Assembly: GCA_016933055.1 (NCBI GenBank)
Contig: JAFGBS010000009.1
Span: forward strand, 167,590 to 199,589
Direction: 5' to 3'
From: Promethearchaeota archaeon
GTDB taxonomy: Archaea > Asgardarchaeota > Lokiarchaeia > Sigyniarchaeales > Promethearchaeaceae
Length of the DNA stretch: 32,000 nt
The notes beneath the pieces were generated by a model. It was not told where the DNA came from, did no database searches, and saw nothing but the letters and a program-made list of their open reading frames with translations. The number at the start of each line of letters is the position of its first letter. Position 1 is the stretch's first letter. The position numbers and the translations under genes were made by a program. Below, in pieces: positions 25,477 through 32,000 of the stretch.

Positions 25477-26718
25477 TCTATCATAGAAATTTTCATCTGA
25501 ATCTCTACGTAAATATCGAATATTTGGCATTCGATAATTGAATTGTACTTTAAATTTACGAAGAGGGGAATTGGAACACGGATTTCCGTCTTGAAAACTT
25601 ATTCGCATTTTACGAGGATTAATATAAACGCTAGATAACGTTTTAAACAAATTATTGCTATGCCTACACACGGTTTCATCCATCTCATTAGGTGGTCTTT
25701 GGTGATCTGACACTGCTTCTCTAAGGGAGCTCGCCGTAATCAATCTTCGACCAGCTTGATCTTCCATTAACTCTCTCATACGTTTAAGTCTCCAGTTGCT
25801 TAACTCGATGATTTTAAATCCTTCCAGACCCTCAACCGTCCATTCTGAATCATCTGGAATTTGGTGGGCTTTCATCGTGGGGTCCATATAATTATTTGAA
25901 GCACAGGTAATATATCCACTTTCTACTGGTTCCATAGCTCTTACAGCTCCAGTAGTTGCACTTCTTTCGACTATTCTACCATCATTGTTTTTATCTAGAA
26001 TTAAGAATATCCATCCCACTGGCATAGGAGCTTTCATCAGATAATCTACAGCTTCATCCGTAGTTTTAAGAGTTTCCAGCACTTCTTGAACGAACATAGT
26101 ACCGGGGGGATTTGCCAAATCCAAATCTGTTGAATATGCGGCATTCATTGTAATTCCCAAACCCTTTTCATTTATTCCGGAAACAATACCAGGCAATGGA
26201 CCTTCGCCCATCCCAACCGTAGAATACTCATTTGTAGTTAAATCACAAAATCGAATAATTTGATACTGCTCTAATTCAATGGGAAAATCGAAATTTTTCA
26301 CCAAGAAACCTTGGTTAAAACGATTCGTAACTATACCAGCTGTACATCCACGCCCTCGAGGTACTTTTGTGTCAAGATCCATTTTTCCCGAAAAGTTTTC
26401 GAAAAATAAGGCTTTTGCCAGTTTTTCGGTCTTTAATCCGAACCCTTCTGCTATTCCGGTCAATTTTTCATATTGATTTGGCAGAATTTTCTCAATATTT
26501 TTCTCCATCTTACGTGCTCCACTGGTTATGATTTGATCAAATACGAAATTGAATACTCCTTTACCAACTTGACCAACAATCGGTGCAGCTTGGACAAAAT
26601 TCATCCCACGCAGCATTTTAGTCATTGAAATCCTACCAACTAAAGCATAATATAATCTACCTTGTTGAACCCCGACTTCATAATGTTCTCCACGTGTATT
26701 GATTCGATCCACAGGCAT
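25468..26718 (-). CDS. Peptidase C45 / acyl-CoA:6-APA acyltransferase-like Ntn hydrolase
   Basis: 416 aa. The candidate autoprocessing/nucleophile site is PRGRGC-TAGIV, and the domain size is typical of the C45 family. The assignment rests on pattern memory. Confidence 0.5.
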   Translation of the reverse strand: MPVDRINTRGEHYEVGVQQGRLYYALVGRISMTKMLRGMNFVQAAPIVGQVGKGVFNFVFDQIITSGARKMEKNIEKILPNQYEKLTGIAEGFGLKTEKLAKALFFENFSGKMDLDTKVPRGRGCTAGIVTNRFNQGFLVKNFDFPIELEQYQIIRFCDLTTNEYSTVGMGEGPLPGIVSGINEKGLGITMNAAYSTDLDLANPPGTMFVQEVLETLKTTDEAVDYLMKAPMPVGWIFLILDKNNDGRIVERSATTGAVRAMEPVESGYITCASNNYMDPTMKAHQIPDDSEWTVEGLEGFKIIELSNWRLKRMRELMEDQAGRRLITASSLREAVSDHQRPPNEMDETVCRHSNNLFKTLSSVYINPRKMRISFQDGNPCSNSPLRKFKVQFNYRMPNIRYLRRDSDENFYDRLL

Positions 26719-26853
26719 AGGTTTTAATCACTAAATTAAATTCTTAGAAATTGTAAAATCATTCCTATCTTAACTATGTATATTTAACAAATTTAAAAAT
26801 TCACTCGATCAACGAATTTCAAAATAGACTTATGCACATTAAGAGATCCAAAA

Positions 26854-26879
26854 TGGAAAATTTTTAATGGTATTTTCCA
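26854..26879. repeat. Hairpin TGGAAAAT-(10 nt)-ATTTTCCA flanked by direct CAAAATGG repeats
   Basis: Read directly from the sequence. It lies about 65-90 nt upstream of rps8e. Confidence 0.3.
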
Positions 26880-26897
26880 CAAAATGGGATAACTAAC

Positions 26898-26920
26898 GAA
26901 GATCTTTGAAGATCTGAAGA
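26898..26920. repeat. Tandem GAAGATCT-tt-GAAGATCT-GAAGA (each unit contains the AGATCT palindrome)
   Basis: Read directly from the sequence. It lies 23-45 nt upstream of the rps8e ATG, in the promoter or leader region. Confidence 0.3.
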
Positions 26921-26942
26921 CTACACTAGAAATAGATGCACC

Positions 26943-27341
26943 ATGGCAAATACTCATCATCGAAGTCGAAGAACTAAAACAGGCAAAAAGTTGCGGAAAG
27001 CTCGGAAGAAACGTAAGTTCGAATTAGCTTCTCCGCCAATCGAAACAAAAATAGGAACGGATCGAAAAAAGATTGCTCGAACCCGTGGAGGTAACCAAAA
27101 ATTAAAACTTTTCAATGCAGAGAAGGTCAATGTGGTAAACCCGAAAACGGGGGAAGTTAAATCGACCGCTATTAAACGAGTAGAAGTAAATCCTTGTTCC
27201 ATCGATTACTCCCGAAGATCTATAATTACTAAAGGAGCTATTTTGGAGACAGAGTTAGGATACGTGAAAGTTACCTCTAGACCAGGACAGCATGGTTTGT
27301 TAAATGGTGTAGTTGTTGAATACAGCAAGAGTAAGAAATAA
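26943..27341 (+). CDS. rps8e: 30S ribosomal protein S8e (eS8)
   Basis: A basic N-terminus HHRSRRTKTGKKLRKARKKRKFELASPP and RTRGGNQKLKL are typical of eS8. Length 132 aa. Confidence 0.9.
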   Translation: MANTHHRSRRTKTGKKLRKARKKRKFELASPPIETKIGTDRKKIARTRGGNQKLKLFNAEKVNVVNPKTGEVKSTAIKRVEVNPCSIDYSRRSIITKGAILETELGYVKVTSRPGQHGLLNGVVVEYSKSKK

Positions 27342-27365
27342 AGAGACATAGCAAAGTGAAAACAA

Positions 27366-27635
27366 ATGGTTAGACCGTTATATAGATCCCGGAGTATGGC
27401 TCGTAAGAAACGAAATACCCCTGGAAATCGAAATACAATTATCTATCGGCGAAGAAATCCTTCCAGAGCGAAATGTGCATTATGTGGAGCAACTTTAGGT
27501 GGGGTTCCAGCTAAACGACCAGCAAAGATGAAAAAAATTCCCAAAGTTTCAAAACGTCCAGAACGTCAATATGGTGGACGAATATGTCACAACTGTCTAA
27601 AGAGTTCTTTGGTGGAAGTCTCAAAAGACTTGTAG
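27366..27635 (+). CDS. rpl34e: 50S ribosomal protein L34e (eL34)
   Basis: YRSRSMARKKRNTPGNRNTIIYRRRNPSRAKCALCGATLGGVP and the second pair ICHNC form the eL34 zinc-ribbon signature. Confidence 0.9.
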   Translation: MVRPLYRSRSMARKKRNTPGNRNTIIYRRRNPSRAKCALCGATLGGVPAKRPAKMKKIPKVSKRPERQYGGRICHNCLKSSLVEVSKDL

Positions 27636-27766
27636 ATTATCTCCATAATAAAATTATCAACTTTCTTCTCTTCAATCTTGATGTTCTAATATACATTAAT
27701 TCAAATCAGATCCCCCCTACTCCGAATGACAAAAATTTATAGTCATGATTCTTCTAATTTCCTATA

Positions 27767-28312
27767 ATGGGTAAATTCAGCACTTTCATGGGATTACTGT
27801 TAGGCACTGTAATTGCATTTTTTGGAGTGTTTTTCTTTAATTTTATGAATTTCTTAACTTACGATGGTAGAAACCTTACAGATTTGTTTGGAGAGATTAT
27901 ACAAAATCCATTTGTGGGATTATATGAATTTTCTTGGATATCTTTTCGATTTAATTTATTCAATTTTATTTTTGTTCTACCTAATATTCCAAATAAGGTT
28001 TTATTTCTAATCGAATTCTTTCTTCCAGTGTTTCTCACATGGTTTTTTAGCGGTTTGATTACTGGTTTACTTGTAATAGGAGCTAAACGTGGTCTTTTAT
28101 TCGGGTTTATAGTAATCTCTTTTCTTGTAATTCTATGGTTGTGTTTTGCCGTAATTTCGGGTGCCAACATCACCTTTGTGTTTGTACAAAATATCTATGA
28201 AACGGGAGGAGGAATCCTTACTGCCTTGTTTTCGGTTCTGATAGGTGGTGTAATTGGCGGAGCGATTTCAGGAACCATTTCTAAAAAAAACCAGTTAAAA
28301 AAGCCGGGTTGA
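27767..28312 (+). CDS. Hypothetical integral membrane protein (4-5 TM helices, Gly-rich last helix)
   Basis: 181 aa with long F/L/I/V/G-rich hydrophobic segments and a basic C-terminus KKNQLKKPG. No family is recognised. Confidence 0.5.
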   Translation: MGKFSTFMGLLLGTVIAFFGVFFFNFMNFLTYDGRNLTDLFGEIIQNPFVGLYEFSWISFRFNLFNFIFVLPNIPNKVLFLIEFFLPVFLTWFFSGLITGLLVIGAKRGLLFGFIVISFLVILWLCFAVISGANITFVFVQNIYETGGGILTALFSVLIGGVIGGAISGTISKKNQLKKPG

Positions 28313-28326
28313 TCTAATTTTCCAGA

Positions 28327-29682
28327 TTATACAAACTTTTTTTGAACATTCGTGTAAATCTGTCTGACATTTTGAACCCAATTTGAAAGAAATGCAGGTG
28401 AAGATGGATATCGCCTATACACAGCTTTAATTTCTTGCATCTGATTACGTAAATAATAAAGATCCATGAGAATAGACGGGTTAGATAAACCCCGTATAAC
28501 TTTACCAATTATTGCACCTATAGGTAATGGAAGTTCTCCGGTTGCTGTAATGCCTATTATTTCTTCGCTTGTGATTAATTGTTTTTTTAACACAAAATTC
28601 AATACATCATTTGGGAATTTTTGAATCGCAACACGCAATAAATCTAATGGAGCAAATTCTGCAGCAATAGTTTTCTGAGATAATAAATTATAATTCCACA
28701 ACGCTAAAGCATCATATTTTCCAAGGGCTTCAGCTTTTTCATATGCTTGAATCGCAAAATAACCCGCTTGCATGGAAGAAAATAGCCCTCCGCCCGTAAT
28801 GGGATTCACTTGCATTGCAGCATCTCCAACAAATAGGATTCCATTCGCAACACCAGTAAAAAGAGGTTTGCATACAGATACCAACCCCGATCCTCCATTA
28901 ATCTTAGTACATATTTCTTTTCCAATAAATGGTTTATACACGTACTTCTGGTAGTATTCTATTAATCGGTCTTTGTATTTTTCTGACACTCCGAATCCTA
29001 GATTAACTTCGTTTTCATTTCTGGGGAAATACCATATATATCCTCCAGGAGCTCGTTGATTATCCATATAAATTGATATATAATTTTGATCAACTACTAC
29101 AGGATTTTTCAGTTTTAAAATCTCACGATAACAGACGATATAATCAGTAGGTGATATTTCTTTATCCAAAAAAGGGAAGTCTATTTTTCTTCGTAATGGT
29201 GTATGAAATCCACTGGCATCGATTATCACATTTGCTCGTAGTTCTTTTTCCTCCAGAATTTTGCTCTTTATTCTTACACCTATGATTTGTTCCTTATCAT
29301 ATAAGGGAGAAAGTGCATGAGTATTGTCAAATAATTCCGCACCTGCATCAATAGCATCTAACATTAATCTTTGACCGAATTGCAGACGATCAATAATATA
29401 ACCTGCTTGAGCTCGATCTTTTATTGTAATGCAATAATGGCTATCTGGAGGGTATAATTTCGATCCATTGATTATATTCAAATACTCTCCTTTTTTTGGA
29501 TGAGGAATTCCTAAATTATCAAATATTTGACTTCCAATTCCATCTCCACAAATTTTATCCCCGATCTTCTCTTTAGGTTTTCCATCCAACAGGCATACGT
29601 TAAATCCTTTTTTTGCAGCAAAATATGCTGCAATAGTTCCAGCAGCTCCTGCACCTACAATTAGCAAGTCATATTTTTTCAT
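28327..29682 (-). CDS. Geranylgeranyl reductase family flavoprotein (digeranylgeranylglycerophospholipid reductase-like)
   Basis: FAD-binding N-terminus KYDLLIVGAGAAGTIAAYFAAKKGFNVCLLD, plus a GD motif FVGDAAMQVNPITGGG. It sits in an ether-lipid operon. Confidence 0.85.
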   Translation of the reverse strand: MKKYDLLIVGAGAAGTIAAYFAAKKGFNVCLLDGKPKEKIGDKICGDGIGSQIFDNLGIPHPKKGEYLNIINGSKLYPPDSHYCITIKDRAQAGYIIDRLQFGQRLMLDAIDAGAELFDNTHALSPLYDKEQIIGVRIKSKILEEKELRANVIIDASGFHTPLRRKIDFPFLDKEISPTDYIVCYREILKLKNPVVVDQNYISIYMDNQRAPGGYIWYFPRNENEVNLGFGVSEKYKDRLIEYYQKYVYKPFIGKEICTKINGGSGLVSVCKPLFTGVANGILFVGDAAMQVNPITGGGLFSSMQAGYFAIQAYEKAEALGKYDALALWNYNLLSQKTIAAEFAPLDLLRVAIQKFPNDVLNFVLKKQLITSEEIIGITATGELPLPIGAIIGKVIRGLSNPSILMDLYYLRNQMQEIKAVYRRYPSSPAFLSNWVQNVRQIYTNVQKKFV

Positions 29683-29701
29683 CTAGTGTCACTTAGACGT
29701 A

Positions 29702-30478
29702 TTATCCGTATAATCCAATTGATCCGGGAAAAAGAAGTACCGTTAAACCAAAAGTAAGTAAACATCCCGTAATGGGAACTGTCAGATCATCGATATTCGA
29801 AGGGCTGAAGATTTCCACAACAGTGGAATTTGCAGCCATCAATAAAGATAGTATTGTAATCCAAAAATATTCCATTTCTTGGACATTATCAGGAAACCAC
29901 TGACCAAAAAAGCTAAATCCAAAGAAGCTGAGTAAAAAAGCGGATATGAACATCGTCGTACTTCCTTCTATGGTACGAATTGTTTTCGTGTACTTAAGAT
30001 TGATATAATGTTTTCCCCATTTTCTGCCTACCCATGCTGCCGCAGTATCACTAATCATCATAACCATAATGCTGCTCGCTGGAAAATAAAAATATCGAAC
30101 CGCAGAAGGAAATGAAAAAATAAACACCAAAATGTTGATTGCTAAAGCATATGAAAAGGGTCCACTGAGGTAACCTTTTTCTTGCTCATCCTTCTCTGCG
30201 ATTGCTTCAAATACGGGTTTCCCAATGTTTTTAGGCCCAGCAAACCTTGTGAATATCAACACAGAGATGGAAATGATGAGAGCTAGAAATGGCAGAGATA
30301 AATAGGGAACAATAAAAACAGCAAACCCAGCAAAAAGATGAACTATCTTTCGTGCTGAATGAGATGTTATTATATTCCCCCTCTTCAACATGATGGAAAC
30401 TCCGATGACTAACAAAACATACAAAAAAGCGCCAGATAATAAAATAATATCTAATTGGAGTGGAGTTATTTCCGCCAT
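29702..30478 (-). CDS. CTP-transferase-1 family membrane protein (dolichol/phytol-kinase-like or cytidylyltransferase-like)
   Basis: 258 aa with about 7 TM helices. SARKIVHLFAG and SDTAAAWVGRKWGKH resemble the conserved motifs of the Sec59/VTE5/CdsA superfamily. Confidence 0.55.
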   Translation of the reverse strand: MAEITPLQLDIILLSGAFLYVLLVIGVSIMLKRGNIITSHSARKIVHLFAGFAVFIVPYLSLPFLALIISISVLIFTRFAGPKNIGKPVFEAIAEKDEQEKGYLSGPFSYALAINILVFIFSFPSAVRYFYFPASSIMVMMISDTAAAWVGRKWGKHYINLKYTKTIRTIEGSTTMFISAFLLSFFGFSFFGQWFPDNVQEMEYFWITILSLLMAANSTVVEIFSPSNIDDLTVPITGCLLTFGLTVLLFPGSIGLYG

Positions 30479-30505
30479 GGTTCAATATACCTAATAGGTC
30501 TCTAT

Positions 30506-31423
30506 CTATCCATAATCTTTGAATATTGCCAGAATATACCCAATTAGACCCACATAAGCTGCAATTTTCAAGCATAAACTGGCTTTAGTTTGACGATTCA
30601 TCTGATCTGGTTTGATAAGGAGTATAATCGAAACTAACACAAAAACATTCCCAATTCCTATGGTTATCATAAACCACACATTCAAGGAATACACGATCGC
30701 AGGGATAATATAAGTTATTATTGCTATTAGAGAAAAAAACCCCGATAATATTGCCGTGAATTTATATCCTCGTACACTGGCGACTGTTTTCACCTGAAAC
30801 TCGGTATCTCCTATAACATCTTCCATTCCTTTCACTAATTCTCTACTAATTAATAAACTCACCGCAGTGGCATAGAAAAACCATAAATAATCGGGAATTT
30901 GAGATATTTGCGAAATTAACAATGCTCCAAACGGGATTCCTGAGGAGAATGCAATTCCTACGATAACATTTCCCATAAATCCGCTCCTTTTGCCCTTCCA
31001 ATTATAAAGAAATCCAATAAATCCAAAAAAAAATCCCAGAAGTGGGATGAGAATTTTGTTTGGGGTAAAAAAACCTAAGGGGATTGATAAAAATATCCCC
31101 AATCCCATTAGAATGCTGGAATAGATAATTGCGCTTTTTTGAGTGATCTTTCCACTGGGAATAGGTCTATTTGGGCGATTTATCGAGTCAATATTAAGAT
31201 CAAAAATATCATTTATAACATTTGAAGCTGCAGCAATCAAAATATAGACACATAATCCTCCAAAGAGAGCAATAACATGGTAAGTATTTTGAAAAAAATC
31301 CGTTCCAGAATATGCATTCAATATACCGATAACTACGGTAAGACTTCCAAATAAGCAGTTTAGAGGACGTATGATTTGAATATATGCCAAAATCTGGGAA
31401 TAGGATTTAGGAACTTGATTCAA
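30506..31423 (-). CDS. UbiA-family prenyltransferase, digeranylgeranylglyceryl phosphate (DGGGP) synthase-like
   Basis: NVINDIFDLNIDSINRPNRPIPSGK is the first Asp-rich motif and the second lies around ELVKGMEDVIGD. There are about 8-9 TM helices. The start overlaps the upstream GGGP synthase gene by 17 nt. Confidence 0.8.
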   Translation of the reverse strand: MNQVPKSYSQILAYIQIIRPLNCLFGSLTVVIGILNAYSGTDFFQNTYHVIALFGGLCVYILIAAASNVINDIFDLNIDSINRPNRPIPSGKITQKSAIIYSSILMGLGIFLSIPLGFFTPNKILIPLLGFFFGFIGFLYNWKGKRSGFMGNVIVGIAFSSGIPFGALLISQISQIPDYLWFFYATAVSLLISRELVKGMEDVIGDTEFQVKTVASVRGYKFTAILSGFFSLIAIITYIIPAIVYSLNVWFMITIGIGNVFVLVSIILLIKPDQMNRQTKASLCLKIAAYVGLIGYILAIFKDYG

Positions 31424-32000
31424 GCTTTTTCTTTCCTGCTAGTTTTATAGCTGCTATAGTCTCTGATAAGGATTTTCCGTGATCTTTTAATAACATTTCT
31501 TCAAGGATCGTTCCCTGTACAATCAAATCTGCACCAGCATTTACTATTGCTACAGCATCAGCTTTCGTTCGAATTCCCCCCCCAACAATAATAGGAATAG
31601 TTAGGGATTTTTTTATAAGTCGAATTATAGATTCGGGTACGGTAGCCTCTGAACCAGACCCTGCTTCTAAATAAACCATTTTAAAACCAAAGTACTCTGC
31701 TGCCAGTGCATATCCCAAGGAGATTTCTGGTTTGGATCGAGGAAGTAATTTAACGTCTCCCAGCCAGCCTGCACCTGATCCAGGCTCCACAATAAGGTAA
31801 GCAGTTCCAATTGGTTCCATATCAAAAGATTTCATAGTAAATGAGGCGAGAGCTTGTTGTCCCGAAATGTAATAATGATTTGTAGAATTCAGCAAACTCA
31901 TAAATAAGGCTGCATCCGCTTTTGCACTTATACCGCTAATACTTCCTGGAAATAAAATTACAGGGAGGTTACATTGTTTTTTGATATCGAGAATAGTGTT
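31407..32000 (-). CDS. Geranylgeranylglyceryl phosphate (GGGP) synthase, PcrB family (5' end lies outside the window)
   Basis: The reading frame stays open upstream of the track Met at 31901, all the way to position 32000 (...NTILDIKKQCNLPVILFPGSISGISAKADAALFMSLLNSTNHYYISG...). LEAGSGS and PIIVGGGIR are typical GGGPS/PcrB TIM-barrel phosphate-binding motifs. Confidence 0.8.
   Translation of the reverse strand, partial: NTILDIKKQCNLPVILFPGSISGISAKADAALFMSLLNSTNHYYISGQQALASFTMKSFDMEPIGTAYLIVEPGSGAGWLGDVKLLPRSKPEISLGYALAAEYFGFKMVYLEAGSGSEATVPESIIRLIKKSLTIPIIVGGGIRTKADAVAIVNAGADLIVQGTILEEMLLKDHGKSLSETIAAIKLAGKKKLESSS

Noticed and set aside
27636-27766. Possible C/D-box sRNA in the rpl34e-downstream spacer (tgatgt ... 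cagat)
   Set aside because: The boxes deviate from the RUGAUGA/CUGA consensus, there is no terminal stem, and the spacing is unconvincing.
27859-28173. 104-aa basic minus-strand ORF
   Set aside because: It lies opposite the 181-aa ORF, whose translation gives regular TM helices. The antisense product is K/R/N-rich with no pattern.
30231-30575. 114-aa minus-strand ORF overlapping the 258-aa membrane protein gene in another frame
   Set aside because: It is an alternative frame of a gene with recognisable CTP-transferase-family motifs, and it spans the intergenic gap without a plausible start context.
1-32000. Scan for CRISPR arrays, rRNA, IS elements, integrases and long direct repeats
   Set aside because: I saw no regularly spaced repeats, no transposase- or integrase-like ORFs and no rRNA-like segments. 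The only nucleotide repeats found are short AT-rich palindromes and the elements listed as features.

Overview
AT-rich archaeal chromosomal segment. Archaeal markers are ribosomal proteins eL14, eS8, eL34 and uS2, an intron-containing tRNA-Ser with a canonical bulge-helix-bulge motif, and a collinear ether-lipid operon (GGGP synthase, DGGGP synthase, geranylgeranyl reductase). No CRISPR array, rRNA, transposase or integrase was seen. The metabolic content is tetrahydromethanopterin (H4MPT) biosynthesis plus Wood-Ljungdahl components. The H4MPT genes are MptA, beta-RFAP synthase, an MptD-like aldolase, a DHPS-related/DUF4346 protein, DUF447, DUF1464 and an AIR-synthase-like protein. The Wood-Ljungdahl genes are CdhE, CooC and a poly-Cys Fe-S protein. 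No methanogenesis marker is visible, so this fits a low-GC non-methanogenic H4MPT/WL archaeon, possibly Asgard/Lokiarchaeia-like; that lineage guess is inference only. The most unusual region is 6395-15542 on the minus strand, which splits the H4MPT genes into two blocks. It encodes three paralogous, sequon-rich type-I membrane glycoproteins, each with two jelly-roll/CBM-like modules, a proline stalk, one TM helix and a strongly conserved basic cytoplasmic motif with consensus YEG.FK(F/Y)PAQVR..(K/R).L(R/K)R(K/R)IR.GR.TKPL (the third paralog diverges at several positions). Two of them are tightly coupled to two unassignable cytoplasmic proteins: a 382-aa alpha/beta plus winged-helix-like protein and a 487-aa TrmB-type wHTH protein with a long coiled-coil insert. 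A multi-pass acyltransferase-like protein is embedded in the locus. I regard this as a candidate undescribed surface-to-cytoplasm module. Other points worth a look are a Pol-beta nucleotidyltransferase/OB protein coupled to mptA, a GH32 fructosidase plus C45 Ntn-hydrolase pair, and a CTP-transferase-family membrane protein in the CarS slot of the lipid operon.
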